A stretch of DNA of 62,961 nt, the filler included, from Sluysia triapertura (taxonomy: Eukaryota), in assembly GCA_046118255.1 (NCBI GenBank). It is 5 parts of 5 records of this genome, joined end to end, with 100 filler letters (N's around TTAATTAATTAA, not from the genome) between each part and the next. Parts side by side here need not be neighbours in the genome. Positions count along the whole stretch, not along the records: positions 11,846 to 23,942 come from JBJNIA010140059.1; positions 24,043 to 37,256 come from JBJNIA010052444.1; 3 more parts are not named here. The stretch is one strand, 5' to 3'. Of this stretch, positions 12,990-24,883 are shown piece after piece. Every line of letters begins with the position of its first letter. The first letter of the stretch is position 1. The translations under genes and the position numbers were made by a program. The notes under the pieces were generated by a model, which did not search any database, had not been told where the DNA came from, and saw nothing but the letters and a program-made list of their open reading frames with translations.

Positions 12990-14340
12990 AGACGCAACAC
13001 TACATCAAAATCACTGATGATCTGAAATTTCCTCCAAACCTGGCATGTACTGACGACATACCTCAGACAGACTACAACAAATCGTCAACGGAGTTGTCCA
13101 GAATGCCAAATCTGCCACCCTCATATTCAGGCCTACGAAATGCTTCTACTACGACTCGAAATACTCCCTACTAATCGAAAATTCCCCGATTCCTTGTGTC
13201 ACCAACGAAAACCAAACACTATACCTTGGCGTTCCATTAGGTGACTATAAGCGGCAAAGTATTAATCATTTACTAAACGAGAACATCAAATACACGGAAC
13301 TAATATCGAGGTCAAAACTGAGTTCTGGAATAAGTTCCTCATGTACCGGAACTTTATGCAATCCAGACTTCCATTCCACCTGAGAAACCTAAATATCATT
13401 GTACAATCCCTCAGCAATCCCCAACCTAATCCAAATCAGTGAGATAAGACGAAATGATACAAGAACTGCTGAAATGTATTTCGGCCTCAAAAAGTACCCA
13501 CTGAACAGGAACCATGGAGGACTCAGCCTGACCTCAGCATATGACGACTACATGTGTCAGAACGTGATATTTGTGTTCAGTCATACACTAATAATACGCA
13601 CACTGACACATCTGGAAGTCATACGGATAGCCAACAACCGGATGAATATAGATTATGTAGATTTGACCCAAGCTCTCGCATGGCCCAATGGAAGTCCTAC
13701 GGATAAGCTCGGATAAGTATGCAAACTTCCATCAAGAACTTGGAATGCAAGTATCGCATCACTGCTTCATTAATCTACTCCGACAAGTACAATGTCTAAC
13801 TATCCATGAAGTCTAACATACTTGGTGACAATCTAATCATCATTAGCTACTACCTCTACCAGCAAATACCTACACGAGCTTATCAGCACTTTCAATAACA
13901 GCATCTGGAAGTATCATAAGTACCAGGGTATCTATGTCGACTGTCTTATGCAGTACCCACTCTCAATCAAATCCATGTCACTAGAACTGGAAAATAAAGC
14001 ATGGCTGATTATGATCAAAACAACAGAAAATATGTCTCCACCTACCAGTATCATGCCGTTAGTGTGACCTCGAGTTTGAATCCATTCTACACGTGATCTG
14101 CCTATGTCCTCTCACAAGCACAACCGGCACGACAAAATTCTTAAGTGCCTAATGAACAAAATGACCCTGAAGGGATTCTCAGTCATTAATGATTCGTTTA
14201 CGATAATTATCGGTAACTCTCGACGACCCGACATACTTCTTCATCACAACTGTTCTTGATTGATGTCAAGAGACATCTGGTCATGAAGAAAAACTTCGAA
14301 ATAGCCCGAACTGTAGAAACAACTGAAGTACAAGGTATCT
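12990..14340 (+). mobile_element. R2/NeSL-like non-LTR retrotransposon relic (RT C-terminus, CCHC finger, restriction-like endonuclease)
   Basis: GC-richer block. In order, across frameshifts: NLACTDDI (LAFADDL-like), TLYLGVPLG, FMQSRLPFHL, NHGGLSL, CR*CDLEFESILHVICLCP (CCHC), RHDKIL, RRPDILL, FLIDVK and KY. This is the PD..D RLE signature. Confidence 0.88.
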
Positions 14341-15095
14341 CAGTTAAGGTATCATTATTAAGGACATAAACGAAATAAAGTGAACAATTAAAAATATTAT
14401 TGCTTCATAATATTTAAATTATAAGTAAAAGTGACCTTTTTGAATATCAACTTGTAATAACAAATGATTAACATTTTATGTTCCTAAAGTAATCAAGGAT
14501 TATTTAAAATACTAAAATTACCCAGTTATAACAATACTTATAATACATTACGACCTGTTAAATTCAGGTGTATAATCAACGTTATCAAAAGTTACAAATG
14601 AAAAACTACAATGATTAACAGGAAATCACTTTTTTTTATTAGAATGACTTGAAATACTTTAGTAGATATCAAATGAAAAATTTCAACAGACCAACAACAA
14701 TTTCTAAACATAATCTTTTCTAATATTTATTATTTTACATAAAAAACAAGAAATGCGCAATGGAATTCTTCATCTCTAATGAACAGATTTACTTTAATAT
14801 TAATGTGAAACTATCATAAATCACACGATGAAACATTTTGATATCGAATCGAATATATCATTTTATTACTTCTTATTTTCAAAAATTTCATAAAATTAGG
14901 AAACAAAAAATTTTCTTGTTAATTTTTATGGATAGTACTCAATATTCAAATGATTAAGTATTAATTTTTATAACATTTTATTCATAAAAATATTTTTATC
15001 TAAAGAAATTTAAAATAACGTTTATCCTTGACCTTGAGTTTAGTTTATCACAACTAAATAAGTGAAATTTGTGAATTATCATAATTCGAATTATT

Positions 15096-18000
15096 ATGGA
15101 AAACGTAATTGTTTATGGTGGTGCTGGTGCATTAGGTCGAAAATGTGTAATGTTTTTTAAAAGTCAAAATTTAGTACATATATTTTTTAAAATATGTATA
15201 ATTTTTGTTACTATAGTATGTAGTGTCAATTGATGTTTGCCAAAATAATGAAGCAGATGAAAATATTGTAGTAGACGTTGATCAAGATTTGTCAGGTCAA
15301 TGTGAATTTATTATAAATAAATTAAATGAAATTAACAAAAAATATTCCGGAGTTCTTTGTGTAGCTGGTGGTTGGAGTGGTGGTAATGCAAGTTGTAAAG
15401 GTATTTTTGAATTTTATTATCTATCAAATTCTAAAATTAACTTAACATTTTAAGCAAGTATAATTATTTAAATTTATAGAAACCAAATTTTTAGTTTTTA
15501 ACTTTTATAATATTATACAAATTAAAATATTTATCAAATAAATTTGTTAAATATTGAACAAGAAATATATACGATATTTTATCATTTGTAATTATACACA
15601 ATGAATTACAAAAAGAGGAAGGTAAAAGGAATTCACAAAAAGCACTCTTCGAGATCGCAGATTCAATTTAAAGCAACATTTGGAAACATAGAACCTTTCT
15701 GGAGCTTTTATTTATGTGGAATAAATAATTACTCGATGGTTTTACTCGCATAAGTTTTTACATCATTTATAAATGTTTAAAATCCTACGTAACATTTTTA
15801 ATGTTCACGACTATTTACCATTTATACCATTTTGAACTCCAGATTACAACAGAATCAACAAAATCAATTTACCTCAATTTAAAAAGAAGATAAAATACCT
15901 GAAAATCTAATGCTAAATTTCCTGGGTTAATCATGTCTCAAAATTGAGTATAAGTTATATATATGTAACATAGAAGACGTTGAATAACTTCCATACTTTA
16001 GCAAATTTGACATTAATATTAAAATCATGGGAATAAGCGTGCAGATCTTAGATCACAGGTAAACTCACTTTCATCAAATATTTTATGATATTAATTTCTT
16101 TTAACAGAATACCATCAGATGTTTTTTGCTTTTAAACACAATATTTGCTTTCATAATTAAAGCTTAAAATTAATTTTTGGAATATTTTTCAATTCGTCGA
16201 TTGTTTGAAATATTACGATATTGAGCCATACTTGATAAGAAACTTTAGATAATAAGTTCATGTTATTTTATTTTATAATTTTCGTAATGTAACTATTTTT
16301 AGCTTATTATATTTAAATTTTAACGTTTTATTGAACATCTGAAACTTTCGAAATGTAATTCGAAAAGTTGTATTCAGAAATATATTTTTCATTAGATTTT
16401 ATCCCAATGTAATCTGAGTATTAATTTCAAACCCTGTTTAAATTTAAACGATATATCTTACAGAGATAATAAACTATTCGTTTAGTAGTTAAAAGTGTGA
16501 ATTATCTAAATCTAATTGTTAATTGTTGACTATTTTCTTTGGTAAAGTATTAAAAATTTGATATTTATTCCTAATATTGTGTATTTCTTCAAAATATTCA
16601 ACGTTAACTCAACAATTAAATTAACACGTAATCTCAATATATTTTAAATATCACAGAAATAACAAATTATCATTTATCATTAATATACAAATCCATAATT
16701 ATAAATTACTGTCTGTATACAATTGATAAATAAAAAGACGCTAGTATTTAACGATAATAAAATAATAAAAACGCAAATCATTAACCGCAGTAACAGTCGC
16801 AATACTTATAATGCTGTGTTAATCCTTACAATCGCAATGTTTATCACAAATGTGTTGAGGTAGCTCTCTTAATGGAAATGAAGCTCTATATTTTTTGTTT
16901 TGTTTAGCAATCGTTTATGTAGTAGTTGGGTAATTGCTGAGGAAATTAAAAATTGGAAAATGGAAATAACTTCCAATTTTATTGTATCCTGCAATTATCC
17001 AAAGATAATAGGATATGTGACGAACAATCATCTATATAACTCAATCAAAATTTAATATCATTGCTACACTAATATTTTGTTATTAACATAATATGTCAAC
17101 TTAAAATAAACACAAAACTAATCAAATACTAAATTTATTTTCTATAGGAAGCTTTTTATACAATGAGTAATGAGTCAACCGTACCTTGCGTGTCGATTTC
17201 AATAACACATCTGAGTTGGTATCTTAGTGAGTATCACTTTAACATATACTTTAATTATATTTAGGCATTAAACAAGTGTAAATTAAATTTATAAATTTTG
17301 AATTATGAAAACTAATTAAAATAAATTATTTTTATGTTATCTACATCAGTGGTGTCAAAGTGGCGGCCCGTAAAGCAAAAAGGTTTCACACCACTGCTCT
17401 AAACTATAAACTTAGTATCTATTTCATTTTTAATCAAACCCAACACTAAATTTTTCTTAACTTTTCGTAATTCAGAATTTTTCCTTTATTATTAAAAAAG
17501 ATAATTTTATAGTGTCAGAATGAAATCGAATTTCAATTTCATTTAATTTTTTGATGATATTCTCATGTACTGTAAAATGTGTGATGTGGGGAAATTTATT
17601 TATTATTAAATATTGCAAGATATTGTTACAAATTATTATGAATCTTGCATATACAAACAAAAATAAAAAAATAAAGAATGTCATTTCTGTTTAATTTAGA
17701 ACTTACCAATAGAGTGTCTACGTTAGAAAAACAGAGTATATGGACATCGGTAATAAGTGCTCGAATTGCTAGCCAATTTTTAGAATCAACAGGCTGTTTG
17801 GTATTAACTGGAGCAAAAGCTGCATTAGAAGCAACACCAGGTTATTTTTAATTTTTATAATAATCATATTTTAATCCAATATTTTGTAAAATAAATAAAT
17901 ATATTGTAACATTTTTTTACTATTTGACATGATTTAACTATCAGAATTTCAATGAGCAAAAATTTAGCAATTTTTTGCCAAATTTATTTTATTGTTTTAT

Positions 18001-18494
18001 TAAATGAATTAATTAAAATAAATAAAACTCATTAATTTAAATGAAATACTTTTTGGGATTCTGATTTTTGTAATATTGAATATCTTTATATCTGTAATTA
18101 AATCAAATTATTTTATATAATATTACATAACAATTGTATTGTAAAAATTAGTAATTATAAAAATGAGCGATTAATCTAAACAGTGATATTATGATAAGTC
18201 TAACTTACTTTTTGACAATAATATTATGAAAACCGCTAGATTAGATCTAAAAATATCTCAGTAGATTCAAAATAAACATATCCTAAAATAAAAATTAAAA
18301 CGTGGAGCACAAGAGCACGTATTACAATTAATCAGCAAATCAGAAAGAATGAATATTTAGAATTTCATAAACTAATACAAACCAACAAATAATTCGAATA
18401 AATAATAAAATAATAATTTCTTTTATGATTGATTTATGACAAAAAAATTACGATAGAGAAATAAAATCTTTCAAGGATTATAAACATTAAAATG

Positions 18495-18571
<77 letters not shown>

Positions 18572-19550
18572 CCACAATAAATTTAATAGAAGTAATTCGA
18601 ATATTAAAAATTCTCATTGGCGAAATAAAAGTACAATAGCTCAAGTTTGTTCTTTAAAAATAACACTCAAATGATGAAACTGATCAGTTATGAACACAGA
18701 AATAATATGTAACATGTTAATTTTAATTAATTCTCTTTTTGACAAATCATTTTATACTTTTTATTGAAATTAACTTGGATGTGTTGTATCAAAAGTTATT
18801 GGAAATAAGTATTACATTTATCAAGTTTATATTCAATTAAAATTGATGTATTATTGTAACAATAAGTTTTGTTATAATCATCATGTTAAATTTTATACTA
18901 TTATTATGAATCGGTAAGAGTTTGTCACAAAATTCATTATTTTGAGATAATTATTGTGAATTAGTAAGAAGGAAATTCGACGGAAACTATTCTTAAATTT
19001 TGGTCATAAAGCTGACATTAAGGAATTATCTTGCATGATCTACATAGTAATGATCTAAGCACTATAAACAACCATATTTTATAAACAAATAATATTTGAA
19101 ATAATATGGAGCTTATTTAAAAGTTAAAATTAATGGAGATACTTGTTGGTGGTCTACTTGATGAAAATTAGAGTTTTCTTATGGATCAAGGTAACTATTT
19201 AAATAACAGAATTTGTGCAGAATAAATGTTACTTGATGTATTTTTAAAATTTAAACGCTCATAATGTTTACAATGTAAAAATAATTGTAATTTATAGCAA
19301 TCTATTTTATTGCTACTGCTATTTTATTTATTGTAATGTAGTAAAGTTATACCATAAATTAAAACATGCAATATATTTCAAAAGAATTACAATAAATTAA
19401 AGTGATAACTAAATAAAAATTATTACATTATTATAATTTAGGTATGTTAGGTTATGGACTTGTCAAAGCAGCGGTTCATCAATTAACAAAATCATTAGCA
19501 GCCGAAGGAAGTGGATTGCCATCTTCAAGTTGGGTAGGAGCAATTTTGCC
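15096..19550 (+). CDS. QDPR: dihydropteridine reductase, exons 1-4 (3' exons not found)
   Basis: Exons 15096-15173, 15217-15400, 17700-17840 and 19442-19550 splice in frame at GT-AG. Product: [79 protein letters not shown]..AILP. It has the GGxGxLG Rossmann motif and YxxxK catalytic motif, with no internal stops. Confidence 0.95.
17347..17396. mobile_element. 50-bp hAT (Charlie-like) MITE in QDPR intron 2
   Basis: CAGTGGTGTCAAA..GCGGCCCG..TTTCACACCACTG terminal inverted repeats. The flanking 8-mers ATCTACAT and CTCTAAAC resemble a decayed NTCTAGAN target duplication. Confidence 0.65.
18495..18571. repeat. (ATA)n microsatellite
   Basis: About 25 perfect ATA units. This explains the poly-Ile ORF 18492-18674. 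Confidence 0.95.
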
Positions 19551-19671
19551 GTAAGTTATTTCTGTTACATTTATTTAGTAATTAACCTTTAGTGTACGAA
19601 TGTTAGATAAATTCGACATTTAAAAGTGCCATTTGGTAAAATTGACTATAATAAAATAAAATCGTTAGACG

Positions 19672-19742
19672 GGGCTGATAGCTCAGTGGTAGAACATCAA
19701 CTGCACAGACAGAGGTTACGGGTTCGATCCCCAGTCAGTCCA
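19672..19742 (+). tRNA. tRNA-Cys(GCA)-like pseudogene, core of a dispersed repeat (copy 2)
   Basis: GGGCTGATAGCTCAGTGGTAGAACATCAACTGCACAGACAGAGGTTACGGGTTCGATCCCCAGTCAGTCCA. A and B boxes are intact, a CT-GCA loop is present and the anticodon stem is broken. Flanks are shared with 626-761. Confidence 0.7.
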
Positions 19743-20297
19743 TTTTACGAAGTCTAACAAATATATCATTTATAAAATCTAATTCAAAAATTTAATCTAA
19801 TAAAAAATAGGCCATAGTAAGAAGATTGTTCATAAATAATGGTTAAAGTAGACAGCAATGAGTTTGAAAAATCGGTTTCCTGAACACTGTAGTTTTTATA
19901 AATTTGTGTAGTGGTTAACATTCATAATTTAAACTTAATCAAAATATTAAATATAATATATATAAATAAAATTTCATTAAAATACAATTTTCCCAACAGT
20001 CATACTTTTTAATTCAGAATTACAACATCACAAACCCCATAAAACAACATTTGACAATCTCAACACCTCACCAACTTATATACACCAACAAATCAACTTG
20101 TATCCCAATCATCTCTAACATAACAAATTTCCACAATCAGCTCAAACAATTTGTAACATTCATCCATTAAATACTTCATCAAACAAAATCACAATCACAG
20201 TATAAACTTTACAAGTCGCACAAATAAATTAAAATTCTTATCAATTTACCTAAAAATTTAAATTAAATTAAAATTAAAATTAAAATAAGTCGATTAG

Positions 20298-20476
20298 ACT
20301 GGTTGCTGCCATCACCAATGCTGACAGCCTATGTCACATTAACATTGAGCTGTCAGCCTTAATGATGGTCGGCCATCAGTTTTGTTCATCTCGCCAGGAA
20401 TCGAGTTGTTTAGTAATACCCAATCAGAGTACAACTGACTAAATTACAAAAGACAAATACCAACGCTCTGATTGGG
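20298..20476. promoter_or_regulatory. double-hairpin cassette (CCATCA/TGACAG hairpin plus inverted CCAAT hairpin) upstream of the YKT6 fragment
   Basis: An imperfect IR spans 20298-20380. A perfect 11-bp IR, CCCAATCAGAG (20419-20429) / CTCTGATTGGG (20466-20476), lies 90 nt before the ATG. The same arrangement occurs at 39643-39801. Regulatory function is inferred. Confidence 0.4.
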
Positions 20477-20565
20477 CAAACAAAAATAAATGAAGTGTGA
20501 CTAAAAATAGTAATAGTGCACATTAAAATTTTCCATTTATTGTTCTTAATCTTTTAACCAAGATA

Positions 20566-20935
20566 ATGAAAGTTTATGGTATTATAGTGATATATAAAGA
20601 TCACCCATGTGGGAAAACTATAATATTGCATTCGTGTTATGATTTAAATCAATTCAGCTATTTTCAAAGAGGAACTATTAAAGAATTATTGGATTTCACA
20701 TCTGAAATAGTCACAGAACGAACTGAAAGGTGCGTGCGGTTTTCAGTAATAGAACAAGAACATTTATGTCACACATATGTAAGGGCAGATTGCATATCAG
20801 GTGTTTGATTTTCTGATCAAGAATATCCTAAACGAGTTGCACAAACATTATTAACAAATTTATTAGAAGAATTTTTGATGCAATATACACTGCAAGATTG
20901 TCAAAATATGAATGAAAATAGTTCCAATTTTTCTA
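20566..20935 (+). pseudogene. YKT6: YKT6 longin-domain fragment with in-frame TGA; SNARE motif and CAAX absent
   Basis: MKVYGI..YDLNQFSYFQRGTIKELLDFTS..VTERT..SVIEQEHLCHTYVRAD..GV*FSDQEYPKRVAQTLL matches the Ykt6 longin domain. TGA is at 20806-20808. Similarity ends near 20935, although the frame stays open to 21084. Confidence 0.88.
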
Positions 20936-21323
20936 CATATCAAATGAATTCAACTAATTTAAAGTTATCGTCTAATATGAACAATATCGTGTATCTAACA
21001 ATAACAAAGTTTAATGCAAATATTTTGTCTCCAAAATTTATGTCCATTAAATTAAATCCATTAAAAATAATAATCAACTTCTAATTCATTTAAAGAACAG
21101 ACTAAAAGATATAACTCTATTCGTAAATAAACTGGATGCTTTTCTTAAAAATGCAACAAAAAAGAATCTTATAAGTGAACAAAGTCTAGAATTTCGAGAT
21201 CTATTCATAAATTTTTCAGTGATACCACTTATTGTGTCGACACAAGAAAACTCGAGTAATTATAGGGCCAAATTTTGGTTTCACAAAATTGACTAAAGCG
21301 TATTAGATAATAAAGAAATTATT

Positions 21324-21948
21324 ATGATTCTGGAAAGTAGTGTTATAGAATTTATATCATCATTTGTTAAGATGAATTCAATTAAGGAAACGGACAGTTC
21401 AACGAATCAAACAAGTTCGAAACACATAATGAATAAAACAGTTTCAAATAAGTCAATCGTCGAAAAATTTGTAAAGCAGTTTACATGTGTACATTCATCT
21501 TATTATCAAGAGACATTAGATTTATCTTGTTTTAACTTATCATTTCGTATGCTCAACCACAATTATCTTGCCTTTGACAATATAACAAGAAAAGCGAATA
21601 CACGAAGTAATCAAGAATGCAAAATCAAAGAAACGAACACGTTTGTAAATCCTAATAAGAGAAGATTTCCAGGATTGACAATTATACTTTACTCGTTATG
21701 TACACTTAACCCTAAGGCAAGCGAAATTTCCAATCAATTAGGGAATGATCAAGAATATAGCCTGTTTATTAGTACTATTAAAAGTATTTTCAAGAATATG
21801 TTCAACAAATCTTCTTCTCATCATTCTACCAAAGAAGATATTCCAAGATATGAAGATGATGCCGATCAAACCGTGGTATATATGTTTAGAGGTTCAATGC
21901 TGTTTGGAAAGTGAGACGCTGGACAGTCAGAGTGAATGGTACCAATAA
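21324..21948 (+). pseudogene. uncharacterised coding-like segment (196-aa ORF plus overlapping frameshifted ORF)
   Basis: A long ORF for this AT content, with no recognisable motif. It is flanked by interrupted coding-like sequence. Confidence 0.3.
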
Positions 21949-22013
21949 AGACTTTATGGAGAAATTAGATGGTTTTGTAAATGAATTTGAATAGCAAAAT
22001 ATTGTATTTAATT

Positions 22014-23375
22014 TTAGTATTTTAAAAGGTAATGAGGGCTTTTTTTATAAAATACATAACTACAATGGTGCTTTGCAATTTTAAAGATATCGCAAATGAC
22101 TCTTGATAAGTTAAGAGTTTTGAAGTTTGGTAGTAACGTCCGTGAAGTCCTTGAATGGTTATATATCACTAGTTGATTTGAAGCGTATGTGTCTACGTTA
22201 TCGAAAGATATTTCATGAGCCGAAATTTTATATTCAATTTTGGTAAGGAATTTAATTAACTTTTGTTTGTTGCTTGATTTAAGGATTTTCGGAGTTACTC
22301 TAATATTCGATTTGATGAAATTTTGCATTAAATTCTTATATAATTTAGTATTGAAAAAGAAATTATAACAACAAATTGATTTAATGTATTTACAATTAAG
22401 TTTTATGAATTTATGCTTTTCCGTATACAATAAAGATCCTGCTGTAACCGTTGCGAACTGCTTTTCTCCTCCCATGGTTCCGGACGTGTTGAAATATGAT
22501 GAAAAAATTCTATAATAATAAATATAAAATATATTGTTATTGAAAATTATAAATAAGTTAATAAAATTGAACTTAAATTTATTACTTTGTAGGTACGTGG
22601 TTTCTCCATAATTGTGAACCAGCTCGTCGTTTATAGTATACAATAATATTACCAGACCGTGTTCAACATTGTTTGCTCTCTGCTTTACACTAATTACATC
22701 ATGCGCACTCTGCTTTACACTAATCACATTGTTTACACTCTGCTTTACACTAATTACATTGTTTACATTCTGCTATACACTAATTACATTATTTGTACTC
22801 TGCTTTACACTAATTACGTCGCTTATACTCTGCTTTGCACTAATTATATCATACGCACTCTGCTTTACACTAATTACATCATACACACTCTGCTTTACAC
22901 TAATTATGTCATACGCGCTCTGCTTTACACTAATTATATTGTTTACATTCTGCTTTACACTAATTACATCGTTTGCGTTCTGGTTCACACCAATTACATT
23001 GTTTGAAATCTGCTCTATACTAAAGACATCCAAATATAAAAACGATCCTTGATCTAAAACTGAAAACATTAAAATAAATGCATCGTCTACATCACTCGCA
23101 TTACTAAAAAACACTAAAATAAATGTAGTTGCTTTCTGAACCCACAATCTTCGCATCGCTGGAAAAGCATAAGCATCAGAAATGTCTATAAACTGTACAG
23201 TAATTAATTGACCTTTCACATCGATGACTTTACTGAAAGTATCCTCAAGTGCTGGAGATTACTTTTCCACAAAAATATGTCGTAAAAACTGACGATTAAT
23301 ACTTGCTTTACCATCTCGCTCACAGCCTAAGATAATAATTATTTTAGTTTCATTTGTTGGGTACATTGCCAACAT
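22014..23375 (-). pseudogene. RASD/Rhes/Di-Ras-like small GTPase N-terminal half fused to a decapeptide repeat
   Basis: One frame from ATG 23375 reads KIIIILGCERDGKAS (decayed G1), FVEK*SPALEDTF (switch I; TAA at 23259-23261 where Tyr is expected) and FIDISDAYAFPAMRRL..FILVF (the FPAMRRL hallmark of RASD/Di-Ras). It then reads about 12 ISVKQ repeats (TAG at 22773) and continues to 22014. No G4 NKxD or CAAX was found. Confidence 0.8.
22666..23030. repeat. 30-bp tandem array, about 12 units
   Basis: TCTGCTTTACACTAATTA plus 12 variable nt, at an exact 30-nt period (22681, 22711 ... 23011). It degenerates toward 23030. Confidence 0.97.
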
Positions 23376-23942
23376 TCGATTCAAATTCGGATTAATATAA
23401 CTGATGAATTAAAACCAGGAAAACTTATACTACTCGATCAGTGGAAGTAGTGATAGTTATTTGTTAACAATTATAGCAGAAAAATGATAATAAAAATTCA
23501 ATCGACTAAAATCTATTCCTCCTTTTCAACTGATTTTAATTGAAGATATTTATATATTTTAATTTTTGGTATTGCTTTTAATCTAATATCGTTTATCCAA
23601 CTAAGAGGTAAATTATCAATTGTAACTGTGAAATAATTATAATTTTTTATCTGAATTATTTTGTATATGGCTGTATTGCTTTTTAATTGCCGTACTAGTT
23701 TTCCAACTATTGATTTTTTAACGCTTGTCTGGTTATTGTCTGATGATTACTAATTGTATCCACATACAAAGAAATATGATAAAAAATGGCTGTTGAAAAA
23801 TTGTTGTATATGCTAAACTAATATGCAATTATGCATTTAATAAAGACAGCTGTGGTTGTGTTTAGATCTAGCTCCACCCAATCATGTTTGAATGATATTA
23901 AATTACAATAATGTTGGGTTTGATTGGGTGGAGTGTGATTGA

Positions 23943-24042
23943 NNNNNNNNNNNNNNNNNNNNNNNNNNNNNNNNNNNNNNNNNNNNTTAATTAATTAANN
24001 NNNNNNNNNNNNNNNNNNNNNNNNNNNNNNNNNNNNNNNNNN
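23943..24042. other. artificial contig linker
   Basis: N44-TTAATTAATTAA-N44. Confidence 0.98.
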
Positions 24043-24883
24043 AACAATAATATTAACAATAATAATTTTAATAATAATTGATAATAATTTTAATAAGTAA
24101 AATGTTAGTAATAATAGATAATAAAATACAATATTAAAAATACTAACTTGGAAAATGGAGCATTTTGAAATTTGAAACATTAATTGAAAATCATTAATAA
24201 TAAAAGTTTAATTTTAACTAAATAATGTTTATATTTATGACTAATTTTAATTGTTAAATTTTATGAATGTTTAATGATAAATACTAGTAGATGAATGTTT
24301 AATGATAAATACTAGATGACTAATTTTACACTTCTGTGTCAGACCATAAGCTGACATTCGTATTTTCATATTTCATAAATATTTTTATAGGACTCTTCTG
24401 AATTTGAGTCTTGGTTAGTCAAGTTTATATAGAATAATGAAAATTAGTTTTGTCTCACTTTCTCAGAAATATGGAAACATTTTGTGAAATGTTGTGATTT
24501 TACACAAAAAGTAATAAGTATACTTGGAATACTAAGGCTGACTTTTATTGTAATAAACTGAAAATATTTTTCGGTTAAATTTTTACCTAATATTTGACAA
24601 TCCGTTCAGATAATGAAAATATGTTATTTTATTATATAAAATTTTATATTATTTAAATTTTAATTTTTAATATAATAATAATAATTTAATATTTTAAAAC
24701 TGAATTTTTGTATTTAAAAGTAAAATGATACAATAAAGAAATAAAGATATATTTGTTTTATTGCTTTTGGACATGGTTCAAATGAAAAAAATTAGATCTA
24801 TGAATTGAAAATTTCTTTTAGTCAATGCTGTTTAAGTGTCTGAAAATATTTTGTTGATTGATATAATAAGTTTATAATGTAAT

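Noticed and set aside
18492-18674. Poly-Ile ORF
   Set aside because: It is the translation of an (ATA)n microsatellite inside QDPR intron 3.
22666-23030. CRISPR array
   Set aside because: The variable parts are only 12 nt and clearly related to each other, there are no cas genes, and the context is eukaryotic. It is a minisatellite.
22659-23052. Plus-strand LLYTNY and LCFTLIT repeat ORFs as genes
   Set aside because: They are confined to the array and arise from a stop-free 30-nt unit. Only the minus frame connects to recognisable protein sequence.
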